Of a DNA stretch of 64,000 bases, positions 13,352-24,984 are shown piece after piece. Made by a program: the position numbers and the translations under genes. The DNA is taken from the NCBI GenBank assembly GCA_038087875.1, contig CM075999.1, forward strand, positions 4,466,001-4,530,000, in the 5' to 3' direction. Below the pieces are notes generated by a model. That model searched no databases. It was not told where the DNA came from and saw only the letters and a program-made list of their open reading frames with translations. Source of the DNA: Malacoraja senta. Its lineage: Eukaryota. Positions within the stretch are counted from its first letter, which is position 1; each line of letters begins with the position of its first letter.

Positions 13352-16300
13352 GTAGACAATAGACAATAGGTGCAGGAGTAGGCCATTCGGCCCTTCGAGC
13401 CAGCACCGCCATTCAATGTGATCATGGCTGCTCATCCCCAATCAGTACCCCGTCCTTGCCTTCTCCCCATATCCCCTATCTAGCTCTCTCTTGAAAGTAT
13501 CCAGCGAACCGGCCTCCACCACCCTCTGAGGCAGAGAATTCCACAGAATCACAACTCTCTGTGAGAAAAAGTGTTTCCTCGTCTCCGTTCTAAATGGCTT
13601 ACCCCTTATTCTTAAACTGTGGCCCCTGGTTCTGGACTCCCCCAACATCGGGAACATGTTTCCTGCCTCTAGCGTGTCCAAACCTTAACAATCTTATATG
13701 TTTCAATAAGATCCCCTCTCATCCTTCAAACTCCAGAGTGTATAAGCCCAGCCACTCCATTCTCTCAGCATATGACAGTCCCGCCACCCCGTGAATTAAC
13801 CTTGTAATCCTACGCTGCACTCCCTCAATAGCAAGAATGTCCTTCCTCAAATTAGTGGACCAAAACTGCACACAATACTCCAGGTGTGGTCTCACTAGGG
13901 CTCTGTACAACTGCAGAAGGACCTCTTGGCTCCTATACTCGACTCCTCTTGTTATAAAGGCCAACATGCAATTCACTGTGGCCCTTCTACACCCACCCCC
14001 CTCCAATCACCAGTTCACACCCAATCACCCACACCCTCTGTGCTGCACAACATCACTAATTCAATATCAACAATAAAAATAGAGGAGGTGGAGAGGCTTT
14101 TCAGAAGACAAAAAAACCGGAAATCTCCAGGACCTGGCAATGTTTCTCCGTCTACTCTTAAGCTCTGTGCCAAACAGCTAGCACCGGTCTATACAGACAA
14201 ATTCAACCAGTCCCTGCAAACATGTACTGTCCCTGCCTGCTTCAAAGTCTCCACTATTGTCCCTGTACCCAAAAAGGCAAGGATTACTTGTCTTAATGAC
14301 TACAAGCCTGTCGCACTGACCTTGGTAGTCATGAAGACACTCGAAAGGCTTGTGCTGGCCAAGCTGAAAAATATCACGATCCCACTGCTGGATCCTATGC
14401 AGTTTGCATATCAGGCCAATAGATCTGTGGATGATGCAGTAAAACTGAGCCTGCACTTCATCCTACAGCACCTAGACCGCCAGGGAACCTATGCGAGGAT
14501 CCTGTTTGTTGATTTTAGCTCTGCATTCAACACCATTGTGCCAGAGCTACTGCACTCCAAACTTTCCGAGTTGACTGTGCCTGAACCCCTGTCGGTGGAC
14601 CACCAGCTTCCAGACAGACAGGAAGCAGCATGTGAGGCTGGGGAAGCACATCTCGGACCCGCAAACGCTCAGCATAGGAGCACCGCAAGGCTGCGTACTC
14701 TCTCCTCTCCTCTACTCTCTCTACACCAACGACTGCACCTCCACAGACTCCTCTGTCAAGCTTCTCAAGTTTGCGGACGACACAACCCTGGTTGGACTGA
14801 TCCAGGATGGGGAGGAATCGGCTTACAGACAGGAAGTGACACAGCTGGCGTCCTGGTGCCATCGCAACAACCTAGAGCTGAATGCTCTTAAGACAGTGGA
14901 ATTGATTGTAGACTTTAGGAGAACTCCCCCTCCCCTCACCCCACTCACCATCAACAACATCACAGTCACATCTGTGGAGTCTTTTAAGTTCCTGGGAACC
15001 ATCATCTCCAAGGACCTTAAGTGGGGGGCTACCATCGACTCCACAGTCAAAAAGGCACAACAGAGGATGTACTTCCTACGGCAGCTGAGGAAGCACAATC
15101 TGCCACAGGCAATGATGGTCCAATTCTACACAGCCATCGTAGAGTCTGTTCTCACCTTCTCCATCATGGTCTGGATTGGCTCAGCCACCAAGCACGACAT
15201 CCGGAGGCTGCAGCGAATCGTCCGATCAGCAGAGAAGGTTATTGGCTGCAACCTTCCCTCCATTGATGAACTGTACACTGCAAGGACCAGGAAGCGAGCA
15301 GGCAAGATCATCTCTGACCCCTCTCACCCTGGCCACAAACTCTTTGAATCACTTCCCTCTGGAAGGTGACTCCGGACTGTCAAAGCTGCCACAGCCAGAC
15401 ATAAAAACAGTTTTTATCCGCGAGTAGTTGCTCTACTCAACAGCCCAAAATCTGTAGCCTCCCTTTGATCTGGTATTTTGTTGGTTCACATGCTTGATCA
15501 ATGGTGTTTTATCATTAATGTTATATTATTATTAATGTTTAGTGTTTTCTGAGTCATTCGTAACTGTCACTGTATGTCATGTTGTTACTTGTGGGAGGAG
15601 CACCAAGGCAAATTCCTTGTATGTGAATACTTGGCCAATAAACTTACTTACTTACTTACTTTCTTCATTTCCTGCTGTACCTGCATGCTTACTTTCATAG
15701 ACTGATGAACAAGGACCCCCATATCCCGTTGTACTTCCCCTTTTCCCAAATTGACGCCATTTAGATAGTAATCTGCCTTCCTGTTTTTGATACCAAAGAG
15801 GATATCCACATTAAATTTCATCTGCCATCCCCCAACCTGTCCAAGTCACCCTGCATTTTCACAGCATCCTCCTCACAGTTCACACTGCCACCAAGTTTTG
15901 TGTCATCTGCAACTTTGCTAATGTTACTTTGAATCCCTTCATCCAAATCATTGATGTATATTGTAAATAGCTGCGGTCCCAGCATCGAGCCTTGCGGTAC
16001 TCCACTAGTCACTGCCTGCCATTCTGAAAGGGACCCATTAATCCCTACTCTTTGTTTTCTGTCTGCCAACCAATTTTCTATCCATGTCAACACCCTACCC
16101 CCAATACCATGTGCCCTATTTTGGCCACTAATCTCCTATGTGGGACCTTATCAAATGCTTTCTGAAAGTCCAGGTACACTACATCCACTGACTCTCCCTT
16201 GTCCATTTTCCTAGTTATATCCTCAAAAAATTCCAGATTAGTCAAGCATGATTTCCCCTTCGTAAATCCATGCTGACTCGGACCGATCCTGTTACTGCTA

Positions 16301-16541
16301 TCCAAATGTGCGGCTATTTCATCTTTTATAATTAACTCCAGCATCTTCCCCACCACCGATGTCAGGCTAACTGGTCTATAATTCCCTGTTTTCTCTTTCC
16401 CGCCTTTCTTAAAAAGTGGGATAACATTAGCTACCCTCCAATCCACAGGAACTGATCCTGAGTCTATAGAACATTGGAAAATTATCACAAATGCATCCAC
16501 GATTTCTAGAGCCACTTCCTTAAGTACCCTGGGATGCAGAC
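13352..16541 (-). mobile_element. CR1 LINE split by a Rex1-like insertion
   Basis: CR1 RT ORF pieces at 13442-14006 and 15818-16515. Continuity resumes at 15660. Confidence 0.9.
13976..15659 (+). mobile_element. Rex1/Babar-like LINE, 5'-truncated
   Basis: RT ORFs 13926-14891 and 14632-15369 (TIVPVPKK, LNDYKPVALT, DFSSAFNTI, GAPQGCVLSP, KFADDT). AATAAA plus (CTTA)n tail. Confidence 0.9.
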
Positions 16542-16995
16542 TGTATTAAATTCCCTCAACCATTCCTCAGCCCACCTGCCCAACCAATCAAGACCCTGCT
16601 GCAATTTTTGACAACCATCTTCACTATCTACAATACCACCCAATTTTGTGTCATCTGCAAACTTGATAATCATGCCATGTACGTTTTCGTCCAAATCATT
16701 GATGTAGATGACAAACAGCAATGGGCCCAGCACCAAAGCTGAGGCACACCACTAATCACAGGCCTCCAGTCCGAAAAGCAACCTTCCTTCATCAATCTCC
16801 AGTTCCTTCCATGAAGCCAATTTTCTATCCATTCAGCCATCTCTCCTTGGAACCCATGCGCTCTAATATTCCAGCGCAGCCTGCCATGTTGAACCTTGTC
16901 GAATGTCTTGCTGAAATCCGTATATATACGTCTACTGCTCTGCCCTCATCAACCTTTTTGATCACATCTTCAAAAATATCAATCAGTTTCATGAG
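16542..16995 (-). mobile_element. Older CR1-type RT fragment
   Basis: [16 protein letters not shown]...KFADDTK remnants. Confidence 0.8.
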
Positions 16996-17219
16996 ACTTT
17001 GTTCTACTTGAGCCAAATCGAATCCACTGTGTGTACAACAGATCACAATCATCTGTGGTTCTGCTTTGCCACGTTTAGTTTCCAATATATCACAGTGAAA
17101 GGCATAGTGATTGATCACCAAGTACATTATACACTTGTGATGTTGGATGGAACAGATTACTCAAGAAAATATACAATAAAATGACATTGAGAGTTTTCTC
17201 TCATTCATTTAGCACCAAC

Positions 17220-17371
17220 CTTTTCAATTTTGACTTTAGTTTTGGTGATGAAAGCTGAGGTAACACGGGACACAAGGCTGTACTCTCACAGATGGGCATA
17301 GGAGATTTCCTGGGACTGCAGTGCTGGGACAAAGTAATCCTTGGACTTTGTTTCTTTATTTTTTCTTCCAT
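17220..17371 (-). CDS. CCDC28B: CCDC28B first coding exon (exon starts ~17386)
   Basis: MEEKIKKQSPRITLSQ...LPQLSSPKLKSKLK AG|gttggt resembles human MDDKKKKRSPK...LPHLPSPKQRAKFKR. Downstream of TXLNA on the same strand, as in human. Confidence 0.88.
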
Positions 17372-17962
17372 CCTCAGGTGTTTCACCTTTGCACGATAGG
17401 AGATCAAAGTTGAAATAAACCAAGTGAACAAATTGATCCTTTTAAAGTTTCATCCCATCAACACCAAGATCTGGTTGCCACACTACAGGAAGGATATGGT
17501 AAGAGAGTGCAGACGAGATTCACCAGGACGTTGCCTGAAACAGATGGCCGCAGTTCTAAGAGAGAACAGATAGACTGGGTTTATTCTCTCTAGAGTGCAG
17601 GAAGCTGACTCAGTGCCTTATCTTTTTGATGATAGAATCTTATTTTCTAGAATTACAATGAGAGGGCACAAGCTGAAAGAAAGAGGGGAGAAATCTAAGG
17701 AATCGTTTCTGTGCCATGTAATTCCATAAACAGTCTGGACATATAATGCAACATGATAAATGTATTCCGCATCAGAAACGTCTTTAACTAACAGTGAAAC
17801 GTGGATATAAAATGCCAAGGCTTTTATTTCAATCTTACAGGATAAATTCTTAGATGATCGAGAGGGGAACAAAGAGAGTTCCACTGTTAAACTGGTGGTA
17901 CATTTACACCACTGAAAATCAAACAACTGGCATGTCATGTTAGAGATGTTGCCTGATCTGCT

Positions 17963-18101
17963 TCTTCTTCTTGTGTATGGCATGCACAGCCTAAAGTTGT
18001 AGGACAACTTGTTCTATTTGATCTTATTTGATTGTGCACGCCAGGTTGATTGCATTCGTTGAAACAGGGTGGACCACGTGAAGGTTGCAATCTCGCACCC
18101 C
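17963..18101 (-). mobile_element. Ribozyme-headed SINE-like element with (GAA)n tail, copy 1
   Basis: TSD ctgatctgct (17953-17962 / 18104-18113). 3' hairpin AAGTTGT-cct-ACAACTT. Inserted in a Penelope repeat. Confidence 0.85.
18048..18101 (-). ncRNA. Minimal HDV/CPEB3-like self-cleaving ribozyme motif (copy 1)
   Basis: GGGGUGC-GA-GAUUGCA-ACC-UUCACGU-GGU-CCACCCU-G-UUUCAA-CGAA-UGCAAUC. P1, P2 and P3 pairings, L3 UUCACGU, G1-U wobble and J4/2 CGAA. Confidence 0.85.
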
Positions 18102-18790
18102 ATCTGATCTGCTGAGTTACTTTAGCACTTTCTGCCCTTCCATGTAAATCTGCAGTTCCTTGTTTCTTCATTAAACTGGAAAGTTTGCAAAAGACATTTG
18201 TCAGGTCTGGAGGTCAGAGTTAAAGGGAGACTCTGCATAGGTCTGAAAGAGGGTCTCAACTGGAAACATCACCCATTCCTTGTCTCCAGAGATGCTGACT
18301 GTCCCGCTGAGTTACTTCAGCGTTTTGTCTATCACTGAATAGGCTAGGTCTTTTTTTCCTGGTGTACGGGAGACTGAGGAGTGACAATACCACGAGGAAC
18401 AGAGAAAAGGTGAACAGTCACAGCCTTTTCCGGGGTAGAGGAGTCTAAAACTAAAGGGCATATGTTTAAGGTGAGAGGAGGGGGGGGGGGGATTTAAAAA
18501 GGACCTGAAAGGCAACCTTTTCATCCAGTGGTCATCCAGCACAGGAACAGGTCCTTCAAGCCAACTCGACCACTTGCCTGTATTTGAACCGTATTCTTAT
18601 AAACCTTTATGAAGTGCATATATGGACTGAGCTGCTGGTAGAGGCGGGGACAATTACAACATGGATAGGAAGGGTTTGGATATGCCAGGTGCCGGCTATT
18701 TGGTCAGCGTGGACAGGTTAGGCCAAAGGGCCTGTTTCTCCATGATATAGCTCTGTGACTATGGCCTCTTCCCCTACAGTCCCAGACAGC

Positions 18791-19006
18791 CCTGAAATGG
18801 GGGGGGGGGGGGGGGACTATGTATAAACACAACTGTAATTTCTACATGGTGAAACCAAAATGTATAAAAATGGCCTTTATTAAAATCTGACAATGTGCAC
18901 TTTAACCACATGTGATTTTTTTCTATTACAAATCTCAAATTGTGGAGTATAGAGGCAAATAAATAAATGATGGGTCTTTGTCCCAAATATTATGGAGGGC
19001 GTTGTA
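18791..19006. mobile_element. Solo TIR of the same Tc1 family
   Basis: Closely matches 2423-2627 and ends in TA. Confidence 0.9.
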
Positions 19007-19239
19007 TCTGTACACTGTGAATGGCTTCATGTATGTCTATTGTCTGGTTAGCACACAACAACAGCTTTTCACTGTACCTCAGTACACTTGACGATAAACT
19101 GAACTAAACAAAATGAAGACAGGAAGGCAGTATGGGGAATGGGAAGGCAAGTTAAATGATTCGCAACCGGCAGATCGAGTTGGCCTTCGGGAACATCAGA
19201 TGGAGATGAGGGTAGAGGAGGTGCGTATGAACCTGTCTC

Positions 19240-19860
19240 ACCTGGAAGGGCTGCAGCTGGGGTCCATTTCCATATCTGTTTGAGGAACACACCTTCTTCC
19301 AGATGCTGTAACAAATTCTCCAACTTCAGTTTATTCTCTTTCTGTATAAGATCAGGCCATTTCTGGCAGGCATCATTTGGCTGTTCTTTCCAAAGATCCT
19401 ATAGCGGAGCTTGCTATAGGATCTTTGGTTCTTTCTGTGTGCGGTCCAGCCTCGTTCTGAGCAACACTTCACGCAGGAAATAAAACTGAACCTGGTCTTA
19501 ACTATTGCTTAACTCACCTCCGCAGCTGTAGTTTACTGTATTTATTCTCGTTGGGAATGTCGGCCGATTGCAAGGGGATCCGTTTATTTCTTCAATGATC
19601 AAGGCCCCAGCAGCTACTCGTTCTCAATCTGAACCGCGCCTTGTCCTGACTCACAGCTCGTCCAAGTTGTGCGGAAGGTCGGGGCTTGGACCGGTGACGA
19701 TCCGGCCCAAGTGGGAGGTGTCGCCGCGGCCCTGGAACGGACCTCCGACCTCACGAACAACGATGTTTCCGGCACTTTGTGTCTTTAACGCAGAAACCAT
19801 GTAGACCGCGAGGGCGGGACCGTCCCGTCAATCAGCGGCGGGCGGGGAGATTGTGACCAA
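19240..19860 (-). promoter_or_regulatory. CpG island / promoter and candidate 5' UTR exons of CCDC28B
   Basis: CpG-rich at 19500-19860, with GC boxes near 19812 and 19837. Minus-strand GTGAG donors near 19654, 19517 and 19241. Confidence 0.6.
19391..19427. mobile_element. 37-bp micro-MITE with 8-bp TSD (P- or hAT-like termini)
   Basis: 15-bp perfect IR caaagatcctatagc around a 7-nt loop. TSD gttctttc at 19383-19390 and 19428-19435. Confidence 0.8.
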
Positions 19861-20087
19861 CCTGTCACAGACACAGACTGAGTCTGAAGAAGGGTTTCGG
19901 CCCGAAACTTTGCCAATTTCCTTCGCTCCATAGATGCTGCTGCACCCGCTGAGTTTCTCCAGCATTTTTGTGTACCTCTCACAGACACATGTGGACAGAA
20001 CTGCAGATGCTGGTTTACACCGGATAGACACAGAGTGCTGGAGTAACTCAGCGGGTCAGGCAGCATCTCCGGGGGAAATGGATAGGT

Positions 20088-20115
20088 GACGTTTCGGGTC
20101 GAGACCCTTCTTCAG
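20088..20115 (-). ncRNA. Minimal hammerhead ribozyme motif in a Penelope terminal repeat (best-preserved copy)
   Basis: CUGAAGA-A-GGGU(CUCG)ACCC-GAAA-C-GUC. Related copies at 19884, 29390, 32271, 51085-51112 and elsewhere. Confidence 0.75.
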
Positions 20116-20894
20116 ATTCCTGTGTGAAAAAGTCTTTCCTCTCTTACCTTAAATCGATGCCCTCGATTTCTCAATTCTCCACGCCGTGGGTAAAAGACTG
20201 TGCATGCACCCTATCTATCTCCCCACCATGATCTTACACCTCGATAACATCACCCCTCAGCCTCCTGCACTCCAAGAAATAAAGTCCCACACCAATTTCT
20301 ATGCCGAAAATAATGTCAAGTTAAACTGGTCTCCAATGCTTGCATGTAATTTGTATTCCCCCATTTCCTGCCTATCTGAATGTCTCTTAAAACCTCATTT
20401 CATATCTGCCTCCACCACTTCTGGAGGGACCTTCCAGACACCCACCACTCGGTAAAATAAAACTTCTCACAAGTCTGACCTAAAGCAACGTACTCCTTGT
20501 TAATTTACCTCTGTAAACTGCTCAGTGCGTAAGGGGTGGATGTGGGAATGGGGCAACATAGAACTAGTGTGAATGGGTGATCGATATCAATATCACTCGT
20601 CTGTTTCCGTGCTGTATCTCTAAGCTAAACTATGGCCTCTCTCTTTGACATTTCCATCCTGGGAATAAGGTTCTGACTACACCTCAATATTTTATACACT
20701 TCAATCACATTTCCTCAACCTCAAGTACTCCAGAGAAAACATTCCAAACGTGTTCACCTTCTTGCAGCCAATACACCGTCCGGTAGAGACAGGTTATGGC
20801 ACATATTAAATCCAATCTATCAAGCAGCCTTGATGCACTGCACTTCATCTCCCCCAGCCCTGCACTCATCCCTGGAACACCGGGAGAAGGACAT

Positions 20895-21690
20895 AATCAT
20901 AGAGTGATACAGTGTGGAAACAGGTCCTTCGGCCCAACTTACCCACACCGGCCAAAATGTCCCAGCTACACTAGTCCTACCTGCCTGTGCTTGGTCCATA
21001 TCCCTCCAAACTTGTCCTATCCATGTACCTGTCTAACTGCTTCTTAAACATTGTGATAGTCCCAGCCTCAATTACCTCCTCTGGCAACTTGTTCCATACA
21101 CCCACTACCCTTTGTGTGAAAAAGTTACCCCTCAGATTCCTATTAAATCTTTTCCCCTTCACCTTGAACCTTTGTCTTCCGGCCCTAGATTCCCCTACAC
21201 TGGGCAAAAGACTCTGTGCATCTACCCGATCTATTCCTCTCATGATTTTATACACCTCTATAAGATCACCCCTCATCCTCCTGCACTCCAAGTAATAGAG
21301 ACCCAGCCTACTCAACCTCACCCTATAGCTCACACCCTCTGGTCCTAGCACCATCCTCGTAAATCTATGTCAGACTTGGATAGAGTGGATGTGGAGAGGA
21401 TGTTTACACTAGTGGGAGAGTCTAAGACTAGAAGTCATAGCCTCGGAATTAAAAGATGTTCTTTTAGGAAGATTAGATTTTTTTAAAGTCAGAGGGTGGT
21501 GAATCTGTGGAATTCTTTGCCACAGAAGGCTGTTGAGGCCAAGTCAGTGGGTATTAAGGCAGAGATAGATTCTTGATTAGTACAGGTATCAGAGGTTATG
21601 GGGGAGAAGGCAGAAGAATGGGGTTAAGAGGGTGAGATAGATCAGCCATGATTAAATGGAGACTTGATGGGCCAAATGGTCTAATTCTAC
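20895..21690. mobile_element. Two adjacent CR1 3' fragments in opposite orientation
   Basis: ORF 20977-21354 (RLGLYYLECRRMRGDLIEVYKI) on minus, followed by a plus-strand CR1 tail. Confidence 0.8.
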
Positions 21691-21939
21691 TCCCATTCCT
21701 TATGACCTACAGCTCTGGTGTCAACAGCATTATCCGCAAGCTCATCTCCAAACTTATGAAACCTGGAGTCAGCACTCCCCTCTGCAACTGGATCTTCAAC
21801 TTCCTGACCAACAAACCACAATCAGCAAGGATAGGGAACAAATCATCTTCTACAATAATCCTCCACACTGGTGCCCCACAGGAATGTTGATCTCAAGCCC
21901 CCTACTATACTACTTATGACTGCAGCCAAATACCAAAGC

Positions 21940-22256
21940 CACCAGCATTTCCACAGAGACCGTTCCCTCCACAACTCCCTGGTTAATTCATCCCTTCCCA
22001 CCCAAACCACCCCCTCCCCAGCACTTTCCCCCGCAACCGCCCTTTACCTCCTCCCTCAACTCTGTCCAAGGACCCAGACGTCCTTTCAGGTGAGGCAGAG
22101 GTTCACTTGCACCTCCTCCAACCTCATCTACTGTATCCGTTGTTCCAGGTGTGGGCCTCCATATATCAGCGATACCAAGCGCAGGCTCGGCGATCGTTTC
22201 GCTGAACACCTCCACTCGGTCCGCCTAGACCTACCTGATCTCCCGATTATTAAACA
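21940..22256 (+). mobile_element. Penelope-like GIY-YIG fragment
   Basis: RFTCTSSNLIYCIRCSRCG...RFAEHL. Confidence 0.85.
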
Positions 22257-22649
22257 TCAATAGTAAACAAAAACTAAACTAAACATGTTCTAACCCAGAC
22301 TATTCTGATAAACCTCATGTATCATCTCCAAAGTTGCCATATCTTTTCTGTAAAGTGGCAACCAGAACTATGTACGATACTCCAAACTCAGTCTAACAAA
22401 TTTTAAAGCTGCAATGTGACTTAATACTCAATGCCTGACCTATGAAGGCACGTAATTTGGCCAAGTTTACAAGCTCTCCGATCACCCAAGGGTCCCTCAC
22501 TTTGCCATCCTTGTCCCTGTTCCTTACTCTGTTCAGTTGGCTTTAAACAACTCCTACATGAGTTATTTAATAATAGTTGCTCCAAATCTCCCTCGACCTA
22601 ATGATCTTGTAATCTGCCTTACCCCAAATTAGTACACCTACCCACCCCC

Positions 22650-24477
22650 CAAATTCTAGATTTATTCTTGAATTTCCAAATGTCTGTTAATCACTACATG
22701 CAGCTTTTCTGTAAAAAACTGGTTGTCAATTATGAAAGGCAACTAATTCAAGGAAATACTGTATAATTAATATACTTGGATACTACAGTACACCCAAATG
22801 TGTTTTTTTTCTTGCAGGAAGTTTAAGGGGGCAAGCTTTAGTGATATAGGTAGGAACAGAAATATCTACCACTTAATATATACCCATCTACTGGTGGCAA
22901 AATAAATTGCTTTCACATTAACTAGAATAGATCGCTCAATTATTAATATATCCACGTTATAAAATAAGCATTGAAGCATGTCTGCACACATGCACATGCA
23001 AGAAATAAAATAATGCTTTTGCTTAGATTGTACATGATTCTGATGAAATTTAACAATTGAAAATAGTTTGGGAATAATTCATCCACCTCTATCAATTTTA
23101 TAATTCATTGATAACTGCATATTTAAGTAGTTCATTTTAATTGAATGTTTTCACACATCACAATTACCTTCTATGTATTTTGAACTTGTGTCAGGTCATT
23201 TATCAGGTGATTGGAGCAGTGGCTAAATTTCATTTCTCGCCGAAACAATATTTCAACACTAAATAATCACAATTGTTGGACAGGCTGTAAAAGTTACAGC
23301 ATTTGCTCAAACTATTTTTTTCTGTGCAGTGTAATAGTGTAGAATTGTGAAGCACGATTTAGTAAGTTACCAGCACTTTGATTCCCGAGTATAACAAAAG
23401 ATTTTATTTTTGGTTAAAAATTTCAAAAATATCTGTAACAAAGCTGAAGTCCTGAAAAAGAAACCTTAAGAAACGAGACAGCAACACAAAATGAAGATGG
23501 CATGTGAAAAAGTGCTATGTGACATTTTATTTGTACTCATGTACCAATGAGCAGTAGGAGGGCACAAATAACTACATATCAGCTCTCATTAAAATATTTC
23601 CAAAAGGCAACATCACAAACACCATTTGTAATGGTAATGTCTTCAGTTTTAAATTTCACAATATGTTCTAAATGATGCAGTAAGAGATTTAAAATAAACA
23701 TTTGAGAAGGTTTTTTTACTCTAAGCAAGTGTTATACAAAAGAAACTGGAAGCAAAAAATGATTAATAGAAGATAAAGGAAAAGTAGAAAGTTTGGTTCA
23801 GTTATGCCATCATTTTAAATTAGCTGGGTTGAGGAAGTAAAAGGCTCCCTCAGAAGCTCTTTGACAATGATGCCCAAGAGTCATTTTATTTGCTTAAACA
23901 TTTGCTTGAGAACAAGTCTCTTTAAACCATTTCAATTGGCGGAAAATATGTTTTTTATGAATGTCACAAGTCTTCTAACAATTCACTGAGAAACAAAAGA
24001 TGATGAGCAGCATGTAATTGTCAGCTCAACTGTGGGAGGAAAGCACAGTGAAATGAAAGAACTGGAGAGATTCATACTCTGGGGGTGGGAGAGCAAAGTA
24101 GACTTTGGATCAGCAACAAATCTATGGTGTTAAGAGCGTGTAAATGAAAGGCATCTGATCAGCCTGTTAACTTTCAAATGGGTTCTAATCATTTATGAAA
24201 GAGCACATTTGTTTTCAGGAACGTATTTATCACCAATTTTTTTGCATGCAATTAAACCAAATATTTTCCACTTATACTTGGATGAACCTTTGTCTAATAC
24301 AGAAAATATGATTCTATGTCAACAAGCTTTGCAGGGAACTTTTATACCCAAATCACTATTGAATAATATTTCAGCCAAACCAAGATATTGTAAAAATGTA
24401 CGAGTTCCATACAGTCATGTCATTTTATATTATAGTAACATTAATGTATCTTTTCATGCTTCCCAAGCAGTGGGAAG
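22650..24477 (-). other. TXLNA: Probable TXLNA 3' UTR
   Basis: AT-rich stretch with no recognisable TE after the stop codon. Minus-strand AATAAA at 23885, 23526, 23403 and 22661. True 3' end uncertain. Confidence 0.55.
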
Positions 24478-24876
24478 TTACTCCAAGGAGCTGTTCGATG
24501 ACAGTAACTCAGGTTGGTTGCTAGAAGCTTCAATCTTAGATTCCTCCAAATTTTCTGTAAATAGAGGTGACTGCATCTGCTCAGTGGCACAAGGACACAC
24601 TTCAGGAGAGAGCTGGATTTCTTGGATAGGACAATCAGCCTTTACAGAAACACCTGGAGTGGATTGTGGACTTTGATAATCTTGGGGGACATTACTGAAG
24701 CACAGCGAATCATTTTCCCCAGCCTCTCTATCGTGGCCCTTGTGTGTTGATTGAACACTCAGATCATGAACCTTTTTATTCAAGTCATTCCTCTCTGTCT
24801 GAAGAGCTCGACACAACTTCTCCAGGCGCTGAATCTTTATCTGTAGATTTTCAAATTCTTTGTCACGTAGGGTTTT
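24478..24876 (-). CDS. TXLNA: Alpha-taxilin last coding exon
   Basis: tag|KTLRDKEFENLQIKIQRLEKLCRALQTERNDLNKKVHDL...SSLE*. With the frameshift repaired, the exons sum to 1851 nt (616 aa plus stop). Confidence 0.95.
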   Translation of the reverse strand, partial: KTLRDKEFENLQIKIQRLEKLCRALQTERNDLNKKVHDLSVQSTHKGHDREAGENDSLCFSNVPQDYQSPQSTPGVSVKADCPIQEIQLSPEVCPCATEQMQSPLFTENLEESKIEASSNQPELLSSNSSLE

Positions 24877-24984
24877 CTAGTTTCAATTAAAAAAATGAAG
24901 AGTCAATAAAGCCAATGTTCAACATACTCAGTTATCTGTAAACCTCAAGATAACAAGGACCCCAATGCCAGAGTCTTAATAACT

